Part shown: positions 1 to 9,814 of the stretch, in pieces
How the letters are laid out: the number at the start of each line of letters is the position of its first letter
Position numbering within the stretch: position 1 is the stretch's first letter
Source of the DNA: Candidatus Poribacteria bacterium
Lineage (GTDB): Bacteria; Poribacteria; WGA-4E; PCPOR2b
Reading direction: 5' to 3'
NCBI GenBank assembly: GCA_965215015.1
Contig: OZ244042.1
Span: forward strand, 3,296,001-3,360,000
DNA: 64,000 nt
Notes under the pieces: generated by a model
Database searches by the model: none
Seen by the model: the letters and a program-made list of their open reading frames with translations, nothing else
What the model was told of the DNA's origin: nothing
Made by a program: the position numbers and the translations under genes

Positions 1-331
1 GCTCGTCTTTCACCACCCCATTCTGGAGAGAAGTGACACAGTCACGTGCCTGTATATGTCCCGTCGTGATCAGTGCTGCTTGTGTGTCTTGAGCTTTCAC
101 AGTATAGATAAGGATATCGCATTCCCGAATACTTTTGGGATCATCAGTCGCATTGACCCCGATGTTAAACTCCTGAAGCCCAGTCAGGCGGAGGGCACGT
201 TGTCGCTGAATTGTATCAATATGTGCGCCCGGACGACCAACGATGGTCACATCGCATTCCCCTGTTCGGGCTAAGAGGGCGGCAACGGTCCCACCGAGTC
301 CGCCCGGTCCAACAATCACCAACCTTTTCAT
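1..331 (-). CDS. Ketopantoate reductase (PanE/ApbA) family, N-terminal part; runs off the window
   Basis: Not in the ORF track. Manual translation: MKRLVIVGPGGLGGTVAALLAR...DILIYTVKAQDT...SLQNGV (Rossmann GxGxxG, VK and LQNG motifs). Confidence 0.85.
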   Translation of the reverse strand, partial: MKRLVIVGPGGLGGTVAALLARTGECDVTIVGRPGAHIDTIQRQRALRLTGLQEFNIGVNATDDPKSIRECDILIYTVKAQDTQAALITTGHIQARDCVTSLQNGVVKDE

Positions 332-463
332 AATTTTCCCCGATTCGTTCTGCTATGCGTGACCTACCCAAGCTGTGATTAAAGCTGCAAGGTTGCCCAT
401 CGCAATCTCTAAGTTCTGTTCAAAATCTGATGCCGCATTGTGATCCACTGTGATCGGTTCCGT

Positions 464-715
464 TCAACCCAACCTACGGGTTCTCGGTCTATATGTCAGG
501 TTGATTAGTCCTTCAACCGGCGATAGGTCGGTTACCAAAGTATCGCGAAAATCAAGACGGGTGAGTTTTGTTAAACTCCTCACAGGCGATATATCGGATA
601 AGAGGTGGTTGCTGTTAAGCCGGAGATCTCGCAGGTTGATTAAGCCTCCCATCGGTGAGAGGTCGAAAATCTGATTGGCTACAATAATTAACTGGTTCAG
701 ATGAGTTGCAAATTG
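464..715 (-). pseudogene. Internalin-type leucine-rich-repeat gene remnant
   Basis: Reads QFATHLNQLIIVANQIFDLSPMGGLINLRDLRLNSNHLLSDISPVRSLTKLTRLDFRDTLVTDLSPVEGLINL (~22-aa LRRs). No intact start; the 3' end runs into a REP-like palindrome at 461-477. Confidence 0.7.
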
Positions 716-970
716 AACCCATTGACAAGGTAGTAGCCCTGTAACCCATTAGGAAGATTGAAGATTACCTCACCACCATCATGTGTGAATGACAGCTTGA
801 GCCCCGCAGATGAATATCAACAAACTGATGGGTGTGATGAGGTGCTGCCGTTGTTTGCAAATTCCCATCAAATAGGAAATGGGATGATGCTTAAACATAG
901 AGTGTATCTCCTGATATGCTAGTTTGCGAATTAGATTCGTTCTTGCTATAGATGGCAACTTGCGTTATTA

Positions 971-1157
971 TAACCCAAGTTGCTAGATAGCCCGTCATAG
1001 GCTTCGCAGGTTAGCTATCCATCCCAATCAGATCGGGATTTCGCTACGCTCAATCTGCGCCCCGTTGAATCGTTGGGGTCGAGCGAAGATGCCCGACCTA
1101 TGGTGTGCGGAAGGGTTACGGCATACGGAGTATGCCTACTACTAGCAATTCGCGCTA
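971..1157. mobile_element. MITE-like element family 1 (TIR TAACCCAAGTTGCTA, TTA flanks)
   Basis: Left end taacccaagttgcta 971-985, degenerate right end tagcaattcgcgcta 1143-1157, tta on both sides. Another right end (tggcaacttgcgtta 953-967) abuts it. Confidence 0.6.
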
Positions 1158-1346
1158 TTATAACATCCGCATAAAAAAAGTAGAATCAAAAAATCTACTA
1201 GTATAAATATCTATACTTTCGTTGGATTGCCAAATCTAACAACAAATGGGGGATAAATTTGTAACGTAGCACCGATTTAGCAGTTGTTCAAAATGCAAGC
1301 AATTGGTATAATATTTCTGTATATCTACCAATCACGGAGTGAATCA

Positions 1347-2339
1347 ATGATTGAAAACCAGACAGAGCAAAACGTTACAAGCGATTGGTGGCTTGGGATG
1401 CCCCATACCGTCGAACCTAAGATCTGGAAGTGGCTGGAAAAATATCCGGACCGATTGGAACTGCGTCACACCACACAATACACAGGGCATAAAATCTACG
1501 CGCTGACTGTAACGAACAGAGACATTCCGGCAGACAGCAAGAAAAAGCTATTGACCACCGTTTCCCATGGTCATGAGCCTGCGGGCACCGCAGCAATCAT
1601 GAATTTTATTAATCAACTGCTCATGGGCGGACACCTCAATGGAAAGCAAACAGATTTGGCTGTGCAGACAATTCTTGATGAAACGCTTTTGACCTTTATC
1701 CCGATCGCGAATCCCGATGGACGTTCCCGGGCGCCTGTTGACTGTTGGGATGGCTCGATTTACAACGCTAGTGAATTTTTCGACTACATGAAAGGTTATC
1801 GTACTGATGGCAGGAGGTTTGATTGGCCCGAACCGCGGGTGTGGAAGCAGAGCGAGGAAAATGTGGCTCGTGTTGGCATCACCTATGCTCAAATTGACCA
1901 AGACACTTACGCCGAAAACTTTTGGGCACCGGAAGGTACCCGGTATAAGGTCTTGATGGAGGAGTTAGGAGAAACTCACTATTATGACGCACTTTTAGAC
2001 TTACACCAAACCTACGAGCAGGAAGAGCACTACGACACCTTTGTGCAGTATGCGGATGCGGATTGGATGCCGAAAGCACAGCAAGAATATGCCCTCGCTT
2101 GGGGTAAGGAGATACAAAAGACCTTTGAAAAGATTGGTGCCCACTTCAGCGGGATTCACACCGGCGGCGATGAACGCTGGATTATCCACCAATTTTCCGT
2201 CAAATACGGAACTCCTAATCTGCTCTTTGAAGTTCAGAATAACCACCCTAACACGCCGATGGACGAGCAACTCCTTTATGCGGAAGCCATAATTCGCGGC
2301 AGCATTGAATGGTTGCGTGGCGACACGATAACTATATGA
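1347..2339 (+). CDS. M14 family zinc carboxypeptidase
   Basis: HGHE (HxxE), NPDG, LDLH and FEV motifs. ATG 1347 preceded by ggag. Confidence 0.85.
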   Translation: MIENQTEQNVTSDWWLGMPHTVEPKIWKWLEKYPDRLELRHTTQYTGHKIYALTVTNRDIPADSKKKLLTTVSHGHEPAGTAAIMNFINQLLMGGHLNGKQTDLAVQTILDETLLTFIPIANPDGRSRAPVDCWDGSIYNASEFFDYMKGYRTDGRRFDWPEPRVWKQSEENVARVGITYAQIDQDTYAENFWAPEGTRYKVLMEELGETHYYDALLDLHQTYEQEEHYDTFVQYADADWMPKAQQEYALAWGKEIQKTFEKIGAHFSGIHTGGDERWIIHQFSVKYGTPNLLFEVQNNHPNTPMDEQLLYAEAIIRGSIEWLRGDTITI

Positions 2340-2571
2340 AGGGTTGATAGAGTAGGAGGCACGATCCGCGTGCTAATCGTTACGGCATATTGCTTGGCTA
2401 ACATGCAATTGCCATTAAACTCCCAACCCCGTAGATAGGGTATCTTGTTCCATCTACCCCTGAGCCCCCTATCTGTATCCGTGCAATCTGAGTCATCTGC
2501 TGCATCTGCGATTCAGACAATAATTATGAGCCCCCTCAACTCTATCATAACTAACCCACAGGAGTATTCCT

Positions 2572-3801
2572 ATGAAAATTAAGCATGTTGAAACAATGAC
2601 TGTGGATATTCCCTTTTACTGTGACCACGTAACTCGCGCCATGCAGCGGGCTCAGACCCACGATGAGCGCGTTCATCTGTGTCGCATCGAGACTGACAAC
2701 GGCATCGTTGGGTATGGCGATAGCGGCGTTTCGGATGCGGACCGGCTGATTGGTCAGAATCCTTTCGTCATCATGAACGACGACTCTATCGGTTTTGGCG
2801 CACAGTTGGCTGTGCTGGATATAGCAGGAAAAGCCGCTGGCGCGCCAGTGCACGCCCTGCTAGGTGACAAAGTGCGCGATCGCTGTCCCATCTCTTGGTG
2901 GGATATCGACATGCCGCCGGAGGATTGGGCTGCAGAGGCAAAGGAATCCCTCAAACGCGGCTACACAACCTTCAAGATGAAAGCCCGTCCTTGGCGCGAC
3001 ATCATTGAGCAGATAGAGACGGTCGGAAAGGTTGTGCCACTCGATTACAAGTTCGATGTGGACTTCAACGGTTTCCTGCTGACTCAGGCAAAAGCTGAGA
3101 TTATCCTCCAGCAGCTTGATCCTCACCCCAATATTGGTATGTATGAGAGTCCCTTCTATCTCCAGCAAGATCTGACAGGTGCCCGCATCCTCCGGGAACG
3201 GGTGTGCAAGCCTATCGTTGAGCACTTCCGCGAGGAGTGTCTGCATTCCCATTGCAGTGACGGCTTTGTAATCGGTGGCGGTGTCACGCAAGTTCGGCGC
3301 GATGCCACGCTCGCTGCCGCCTTCAACAAACCTTTCTGGCTGCAATTGGTCGGCACCGGTATCACTACCGCCTTCGCCGTACATCTCGGTTCAGTTCTCT
3401 CACACGCCCAACTGCCCTACATCACCTGTTTTGAATTGTGGGAACACAATCTCCTCAAAGAAGGACTTGAGGTGGTAGATGGATACATTGACGTGCCAGA
3501 CGCGCCGGGGTTGGGGATCGAGGTTGATGAGAAGGCTATTAAGAAGTACCGGGTTGAGCCTAGTACGCCAACACCGACAGCGTTGTATCGTCAGAAGAAG
3601 CGTATTCTCCGCATCAGTTGGCCCGGCGTTGGAAAGAAACAGCGGGTTTGGGAATTCACTGACGAATCCATTTATCAGCAGGCTTTCTATCAAGGCAACC
3701 TTCCCGGCTTTGAACGCGGCGTGAATCTGGAGGTCATTGAGGACGACAATAGTTCTGGTTTTCGGAAACAACATGAAAAACTGGGAGCTCGAGGGCTGTG
3801 A
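2572..3801 (+). CDS. Mandelate racemase/muconate lactonizing (enolase superfamily) enzyme
   Basis: KMK, VDFN and ESP motifs, C-terminal PDAPGLGIEVD; RBS aggag. Confidence 0.88.
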   Translation: MKIKHVETMTVDIPFYCDHVTRAMQRAQTHDERVHLCRIETDNGIVGYGDSGVSDADRLIGQNPFVIMNDDSIGFGAQLAVLDIAGKAAGAPVHALLGDKVRDRCPISWWDIDMPPEDWAAEAKESLKRGYTTFKMKARPWRDIIEQIETVGKVVPLDYKFDVDFNGFLLTQAKAEIILQQLDPHPNIGMYESPFYLQQDLTGARILRERVCKPIVEHFREECLHSHCSDGFVIGGGVTQVRRDATLAAAFNKPFWLQLVGTGITTAFAVHLGSVLSHAQLPYITCFELWEHNLLKEGLEVVDGYIDVPDAPGLGIEVDEKAIKKYRVEPSTPTPTALYRQKKRILRISWPGVGKKQRVWEFTDESIYQQAFYQGNLPGFERGVNLEVIEDDNSSGFRKQHEKLGARGL

Positions 3802-4197
3802 TTGCCCGAATCGTATCTAACTGAAGCTCATTGGTTCATTAATGAATCAATGAATGATAAGGTAGAACCTCTATTGTGCTTGATAGGGATTTGCATCTAC
3901 CCGCTCAACCTAACCTACTAAAGCTCCAGCAGGGTGAATATAGCAATGCCAAATCACCACAACCCAAAAGGCAAGCAGATCGGCGCAGCAAGGTTGATTT
4001 CTATGATTCTTTTTGACCCATTGGTACGATACAGGAGTTCACAAGTTCTATCTTGTAAATCCTTGAATCCTGAGCCTCCTAACTCAGGCAAATGTTCAGT
4101 CGTTCAATGAACCATGTGGAAACGATAGCCTCACCAACTCGCACCAAAGGTTATTAAATTTCTAAGAAGATTCTTACTTAAGGAAAGGAGTATTGTC

Positions 4198-6510
4198 ATG
4201 TCAGAATATGCAGTCCTTGGCAAAAGACTACCCAGAGTCGATGCCCTTGAAAAAGTAACAGGTGCAGCGCAATACGGAGCTGATGTTCACCTGCCCGGTA
4301 TGCTCCACGGTAAATTTGTTCGTAGCAAACACCCACATGCAAAAATTGTTAGCATCGACACCAGCGAAGCTGAAAAACTTCCCGGTGTTCGGGCTATCAT
4401 CACCCAAGACGATGTTGAGAGCGGACGACGGGTCTTTGCTTCTGACAAAGTCCTGTATCTCGGTGAACCGATTGCAGCCGTTGCGGCAACAGACCCGGAC
4501 ATCGCAGAGGAAGCTGCCGACCTAATTCAGGTCAACTATGAAGTGTTACCCGTTGTTCAAGACGTAACCGAGGCGATCAAGCCGGACGCGCCACGCCTGC
4601 ACAGCGATGATACCAAAGATGGCCCCACCCGTAGAGCGATTAGAACCAACTTGAGAAGACTTGAGCGGGACGAATCGCAAGACTATAGCGCAGAGATTGC
4701 GGAGTTAAACGCACAGTTGGCAGGGATAAAAGATGAAGTCTACTACAACATCTCCGCTGAAACCCACACAGCGGTTGGTGATGTCGAGGAAGGCTTCGCC
4801 GAATCAGACCTTGTCGTGGAAGATACCTATGTCATTCCACGGGTTCATCAGACCTACATGGAGCCGCACGTTTCTGTCGCTGATGTCGATTCCACCGGGA
4901 AAGTAACGGTGTGGGCAAGCACACAAGGTCCCTTCGCCATCCGATCCGGCATCGCCGGCACGCTCGGCATTCCGCTCAATCAGGTCAACGTGATTGCGAC
5001 AACGATGGGCGGCGGATTTGGCGGCCGTTTCGGCGTCGCCTTGACGCATGTGCCTGCGGTTCTCCTCTCTCAGAAGACGGGACGTCCGGTAAAGATTCAG
5101 ATGACCCGCGAAGAGGAGTTTACCGATGGCCGTCCTGCACCGGGGTGCGTGATCACACTAAAAACGGGTGTAAAAAATGACGGCACAATCGTCGCCCGTC
5201 AAGCCCTTGCCTTTTGGGATTCCGGTTCCGTATCGGGTGCCTCGATTGGTAGCACCCTCCGCGTACGGGGTGTCTATAAGATTCCGCACCTAAAGGTTGA
5301 CGCATATGGCGTCTACACAAACAAGTCTGGCACCGCTGCCTATCGCGCCCCGGGTACACCCCAAGCTGCCTTCGCCGGTGAATCCCAACTCGATGACATT
5401 GCACGCAAACTTGGTATGGACCCGGTTGAGTTTCGTCTCAAAAACATGCGTGAAGAGGGCGATTCCATCCCCGGCGGCGGTCAGCGTGGTGGATCCAGAG
5501 AACCGAAGGTCGGTTATAAAGAAACCCTGCAAGCGGTTGCCGATGCTGTTGGTTGGCAGAGCCGAACCAAAGGACCAAATCAAGGGTGGGGTGTGGCGAT
5601 TGGTGATTGGACAAATGGTTGTGGACCGGGTGGGATGTTCGTCTCTATCCACGAAGATGGGAGCGCGCGAATCTTCCACGGTTCTATGGACATCAGCGGC
5701 ACCGATACCGCAATTACCCAGATTGTTGCCGAGGTGCTGACCCTCCCCTACGAGCAGGTTGCAATCACCCGTGGCGATACCGATTCCGCACCTTATGCCA
5801 CCGGTTCTGGCGGTAGCGTTGTTACCTTCACGATGGGGAACACCGCCAAGATTGCGGCTGAAGACACGCGCAAACGTATTCTGGAACTCGCCTCTGAACG
5901 GTTGAATACGGAGATCGATAACCTCACACTGGATGGAGGAAGGGTGACCACAGTTGTCGGTGATCCGCCGAAATCGATTGGATTCGGTGAGTTGGCTGCA
6001 TACAGCCTTTCAACAACAGGCGGTCCCATCGTTGGCAAAGGTTCGTTTGCACGGCAACCGACGACGCCAGCCCTTGCCGCACAAATCGCTAAGGTCGAGG
6101 TCGATTCGGAGACCGGCAGAATCAAGGTGCTGAAGATGGCATCTTCTCAGGATGTCGGCTTTGCTATCAACCCGATGGCAGTGGAGGGACAGATTGAAGG
6201 CGGTACAGTACAAGGCTACGCTTGGGCGACCATGGAGGAGATGCAGTATGACGAGAACGGTAGCGTGAATCCAGGCTTTGTCGATTATCGTGTGCCGACC
6301 TCCGCAGACCTACCAACCGTTGAATCCGTTATCGTTGAAGTGGAAGCTCTCAACGGGCCGTTCGGCGCGAAAGGTGTCGGCGAACCTCCCATCACGCCTA
6401 CCTTGGCAACGATGGCGAATGCTGTTGCTGATGCAGTTGATGTCCGAATTACCGAGCTCCCGATGACACCAGAGCGGGTTGTTGATGCGATTGGTAACAC
6501 ATCCGTTTAG
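4198..6510 (+). CDS. Xanthine dehydrogenase family molybdopterin-binding subunit
   Basis: RVDALEKVTG, MEPH, GGGFGG, AYRAPG, GQIEGG and KGVGE motifs. Confidence 0.92.
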   Translation: MSEYAVLGKRLPRVDALEKVTGAAQYGADVHLPGMLHGKFVRSKHPHAKIVSIDTSEAEKLPGVRAIITQDDVESGRRVFASDKVLYLGEPIAAVAATDPDIAEEAADLIQVNYEVLPVVQDVTEAIKPDAPRLHSDDTKDGPTRRAIRTNLRRLERDESQDYSAEIAELNAQLAGIKDEVYYNISAETHTAVGDVEEGFAESDLVVEDTYVIPRVHQTYMEPHVSVADVDSTGKVTVWASTQGPFAIRSGIAGTLGIPLNQVNVIATTMGGGFGGRFGVALTHVPAVLLSQKTGRPVKIQMTREEEFTDGRPAPGCVITLKTGVKNDGTIVARQALAFWDSGSVSGASIGSTLRVRGVYKIPHLKVDAYGVYTNKSGTAAYRAPGTPQAAFAGESQLDDIARKLGMDPVEFRLKNMREEGDSIPGGGQRGGSREPKVGYKETLQAVADAVGWQSRTKGPNQGWGVAIGDWTNGCGPGGMFVSIHEDGSARIFHGSMDISGTDTAITQIVAEVLTLPYEQVAITRGDTDSAPYATGSGGSVVTFTMGNTAKIAAEDTRKRILELASERLNTEIDNLTLDGGRVTTVVGDPPKSIGFGELAAYSLSTTGGPIVGKGSFARQPTTPALAAQIAKVEVDSETGRIKVLKMASSQDVGFAINPMAVEGQIEGGTVQGYAWATMEEMQYDENGSVNPGFVDYRVPTSADLPTVESVIVEVEALNGPFGAKGVGEPPITPTLATMANAVADAVDVRITELPMTPERVVDAIGNTSV

Positions 6511-6520
6511 GGTTGAATAG

Positions 6521-6550
6521 AGTAGGGAACACAAATCTGCGTTCCCTACT
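6521..6550. repeat. GTAG-type REP-like palindrome (relatives at 15528-15555 and 50904-50931)
   Basis: agtagggaac-N10-gttccctact is a perfect 10-bp stem. Confidence 0.75.
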
Positions 6551-6572
6551 ACCTTGATAGGTTGGGAAAACT

Positions 6573-7868
6573 ATGACCGCCACAGAACTTGCTGAATGGG
6601 TGATTGACGCCCGGCAGCGTACCTTTGATATTGTTGCAGATCTCACCGATGAACAGATAATGAGCCCGTACCTCTCGATCGTCAACCCATTGCTGTGGGA
6701 GATTGGGCACGTCGCGTGGTTTCAAGAGAAATGGGTACTGCGAGATACATGCAAGGCGAAACCGATTCGTGATGACGCTGACGCCCTTTGGGATTCGATT
6801 GCAATCCCCCATGAAACACGGTGGGATCTGCCGTTACCTTCCCGCGAAGGAACGTTAGCGTATATGCGAGAAGTACGGGACCAGATTTTGGACAGGCTTC
6901 AGCGCGAGGAACCGAGTGAGGAACTGGCGTATTTTGTGCGCTATACCACCTACCATGAAGACATGCACAATGAGGCGTTCACATATACACGCCAGACTTT
7001 GGAATACCCACCACCACGCTTTTCTGCTGTTCCTGAAGGCCATCGCGATATCGGAGGCGGCCCATTGTCGGGTAATGCCGAAATCCCCGGCGGCACGTTG
7101 ATGTTGGGTGCTGCGCCTGACGAACCCTTTGTGTTTGACAATGAGAAGTGGGCGCATCCGGTCAAAATTGAGCCGTTCGCCATTGCGCGTGCCGCTGTGA
7201 CTCAATCCGAGTTTGCCGCGTTTACCGAGGATAACGGCTATCATCGGAAGGAATTGTGGGCGGCGGAGGGATGGGAGTGGCGGGAGTCCGTAAACGCAGC
7301 GCATCCCGTCTACTGGCAAGCTGCAGATAACGGTTGGATGCGTCGGCACTTTGACAAATGGGTGCCGCTTGAGCCCCACCTTCCGATCATCCATGTCAAC
7401 TACTATGAAGCCGAGGCCTACTGCCGTTGGGCAGATCGCCGCCTTCCAACGGAAGCCGAATGGGAGACAGCCGCCTCTGTCGAGCCGAACCCAACAGGAG
7501 ACGGATTCTCTTCACGGAAACGTCGTTTCCCTTGGGGCGATGAACCCCCAATGCCAGAATACGCCAACCTTGACTGGGGTGCGATGGGTTGCATTGACGT
7601 AGGAGCATGTCCAGAAAGCGATAGTGCCTTCGGCTGCCGGCAGATGATCGGTAACGTCTGGGAGTGGACCAGTACCCCCTTTCGTCCCTATCCGGGCTTT
7701 GAAATTGACCCCTACAAAGAGTATTCGGAACCGTGGTTTGAAACCCGTAAAGTATTGCGCGGGGGCTGCTGGACAACCCGTTCGCGTCTCCTCCGAAATA
7801 CATGGCGTAACTTCTATACACCAGATCGGCAGGATGTGTTAGCGGGCTTTAGGACATGCACAATCTAA
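6573..7868 (+). CDS. senA: EgtB-family non-heme iron enzyme, SenA (selenoneine synthase)-like subtype
   Basis: DinB-like domain plus FGE-sulfatase domain. NPLLWEIGHVAWFQEKW, HETRWDLPLP, HEDMHNE iron motif, PYKEYSEPWF, RNFY. Confidence 0.7.
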   Translation: MTATELAEWVIDARQRTFDIVADLTDEQIMSPYLSIVNPLLWEIGHVAWFQEKWVLRDTCKAKPIRDDADALWDSIAIPHETRWDLPLPSREGTLAYMREVRDQILDRLQREEPSEELAYFVRYTTYHEDMHNEAFTYTRQTLEYPPPRFSAVPEGHRDIGGGPLSGNAEIPGGTLMLGAAPDEPFVFDNEKWAHPVKIEPFAIARAAVTQSEFAAFTEDNGYHRKELWAAEGWEWRESVNAAHPVYWQAADNGWMRRHFDKWVPLEPHLPIIHVNYYEAEAYCRWADRRLPTEAEWETAASVEPNPTGDGFSSRKRRFPWGDEPPMPEYANLDWGAMGCIDVGACPESDSAFGCRQMIGNVWEWTSTPFRPYPGFEIDPYKEYSEPWFETRKVLRGGCWTTRSRLLRNTWRNFYTPDRQDVLAGFRTCTI

Positions 7869-7889
7869 ATTAGCAACCGAACTTGATGA

Positions 7890-8960
7890 ATGCTGAGCCA
7901 TGGGCGAAATTCACGTACGGCTCAGTCCTCATTACTTCCACCCAATGACGGATTAATAATGGAACAAGGCCTACCGGATGACCTCAACCTGATTAAGGCA
8001 CTTCAACAAGACTCGCAGCAATCCCTAAAAGATGCGGTTGCAGAAGGATTGAAAAGAACTCAGAAAAGTATTCCTGCTCTCTACTTTTACGATATCGCCG
8101 GTTCGCAGCTTTTCGAGCAGATCTGCAAACTCCCTGAATACTATCCAACGCGAACTGAGCAAAAAATATTGACAAACAATGCGCGGGCCATCATCGGAAC
8201 AGTCCCCGGCCAAGTGGAACTGGTAGAGCTTGGGAGTGGCAGTTCTTTCAAAACACGGGTTCTAATTGACGCAGTTCTCGCCAATCAAACCTACCTCCAC
8301 TACATACCGACCGACATTTCCACAGACTTTCTACTCGAATCGGCGATTGCCCTCAAAAACGACTACGAACCGTTATCGATCACGGCGATCGCCGCCGAGC
8401 ACAAGGATGCGCTCCGGCTATTACCCGGTGGAGGTAGCCAATCTCGCCTTTTTCTTTTTTTGGGCAGCAACATCGGTAATTTTGAGCCGGAAGAAACAAT
8501 TGACTTCATTGGACAGATTCGCCGCCGAATGCGTGAGGAGGACCGCTTGCTGATGGGCTTTGATCTGGTGAAAGAGCATCAGGTGCTTTTCGACGCTTAC
8601 AACGACAAGGCAGGGGTAACGGCTGCGTTCAACAAAAACCTGCTGGTCCGGATTAACCGCGAATTGGGCGGAGACTTCGATTTCGACCTGTTCGACCATT
8701 ACGCGCCATTTGTCGAGAAGCATTCTCGCATTGAAATGCACCTGATAAGTCGGTGTGATCAACTGGTTTATGTGGCAGGGCTTGAGGAAGTGTTCAATTT
8801 TGAGGCCGGTGAATACATCCATACGGAAAACAGCTACAAGTACACACTTGAGGGCTTGGGTTCCCTTTGTGAAACGGCGGGGATGAAGATGGAGGAATAT
8901 TGGCTGGATAAACGTGGGTGGTTTGCGGTGGGACTGTTTCGCAGAGCCGGGAGAGGATAG
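7890..8960 (+). CDS. egtD: L-histidine N-alpha-trimethyltransferase (hercynine synthase); start may be 7959
   Basis: YFYDIAGSQLFEQICKLPEYYPTRTE, ELGSGSS, FLGSNIGNF, AYNDKAGVTAAFN, IHTENSYKY. Confidence 0.93.
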   Translation: MLSHGRNSRTAQSSLLPPNDGLIMEQGLPDDLNLIKALQQDSQQSLKDAVAEGLKRTQKSIPALYFYDIAGSQLFEQICKLPEYYPTRTEQKILTNNARAIIGTVPGQVELVELGSGSSFKTRVLIDAVLANQTYLHYIPTDISTDFLLESAIALKNDYEPLSITAIAAEHKDALRLLPGGGSQSRLFLFLGSNIGNFEPEETIDFIGQIRRRMREEDRLLMGFDLVKEHQVLFDAYNDKAGVTAAFNKNLLVRINRELGGDFDFDLFDHYAPFVEKHSRIEMHLISRCDQLVYVAGLEEVFNFEAGEYIHTENSYKYTLEGLGSLCETAGMKMEEYWLDKRGWFAVGLFRRAGRG

Positions 8961-8964
8961 GCGT

Positions 8965-9714
8965 ATGAACGAAAGTAAAATCGCGCTACGGAATGTCGAG
9001 ATGCGTTTTGGCGACGTTGTCGCACTCCATTCGACCAACCTGCAGGTCACAAAGGGGCAAACGACGGTGCTAATCGGTCCGAGCGGTTGTGGTAAGTCCA
9101 CGATTCTGCGGCTAATCATTGGTTTGTTAACGCCAACATCTGGCGCAGTCGAATTTGAAGGGAAACCGGTTTCAAAGAATAATATCCTTGCGTTACGGCG
9201 TCGGATGGGTTACGTCATTCAGGATGGTGGCCTGTTTCCGCATCTGACTGCTGCACAAAATGTAACCCTCATGGCAAAGCATCTCCAAATCTTTCAAGAG
9301 GACGAAATCCAAGCAAAACTGGACGAACTCTGTGAGCTGACTCACTTCCCAAAAGAGGGCCTCGATCGTTATGCAGTCGAACTCTCCGGTGGGCAGCGTC
9401 AGCGTGTCAGTCTGATGCGGGCACTTGCTTTAGATCCTGACGTTCTGCTGCTTGATGAGCCACTTGGGGCGTTAGATCCGATGGTTCGTGCTTCTCTACA
9501 AACAGAGTTGAAAGAAATTTTCAGCCGCCTTGGCAAAACTGTCATCCTTGTCACCCACGACATGGCAGAAGCGGGCTATATTGGAGACAGCATTGTTCTT
9601 ATGCGAGAAGGTCGGATTGTCCAACAGGGAACGCTTGATGACCTCCGAGAGCAACCGGCTGACGGTTTCGTCTCGGAATTCATCACCGCGCAACGGAGTT
9701 TAGTTCAGTTGTGA
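8965..9714 (+). CDS. ABC ATPase, OpuBA/OsmV (betaine/ergothioneine) type
   Basis: Walker A GPSGCGKS, MGYVIQDGGLFPH, LSGGQRQR, LLLDEP; 4 bp after egtD. Confidence 0.9.
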   Translation: MNESKIALRNVEMRFGDVVALHSTNLQVTKGQTTVLIGPSGCGKSTILRLIIGLLTPTSGAVEFEGKPVSKNNILALRRRMGYVIQDGGLFPHLTAAQNVTLMAKHLQIFQEDEIQAKLDELCELTHFPKEGLDRYAVELSGGQRQRVSLMRALALDPDVLLLDEPLGALDPMVRASLQTELKEIFSRLGKTVILVTHDMAEAGYIGDSIVLMREGRIVQQGTLDDLREQPADGFVSEFITAQRSLVQL

Positions 9715-9736
9715 GAGAGGGGCATTTAGTTCTCCA

Positions 9737-9768
9737 GTAGGAGGGATTTCCGAATCCCGACTTCCTAC
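9737..9768. repeat. GTAG-type REP-like element (inverted relative at 32417-32440)
   Basis: gtaggagggatttccgaatcccgacttcctac. Confidence 0.65.
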
Positions 9769-9814
9769 TTAGATAGCAAGAAAACTGAAAACTAAATAGC
9801 CCTAGAGACGTGCG

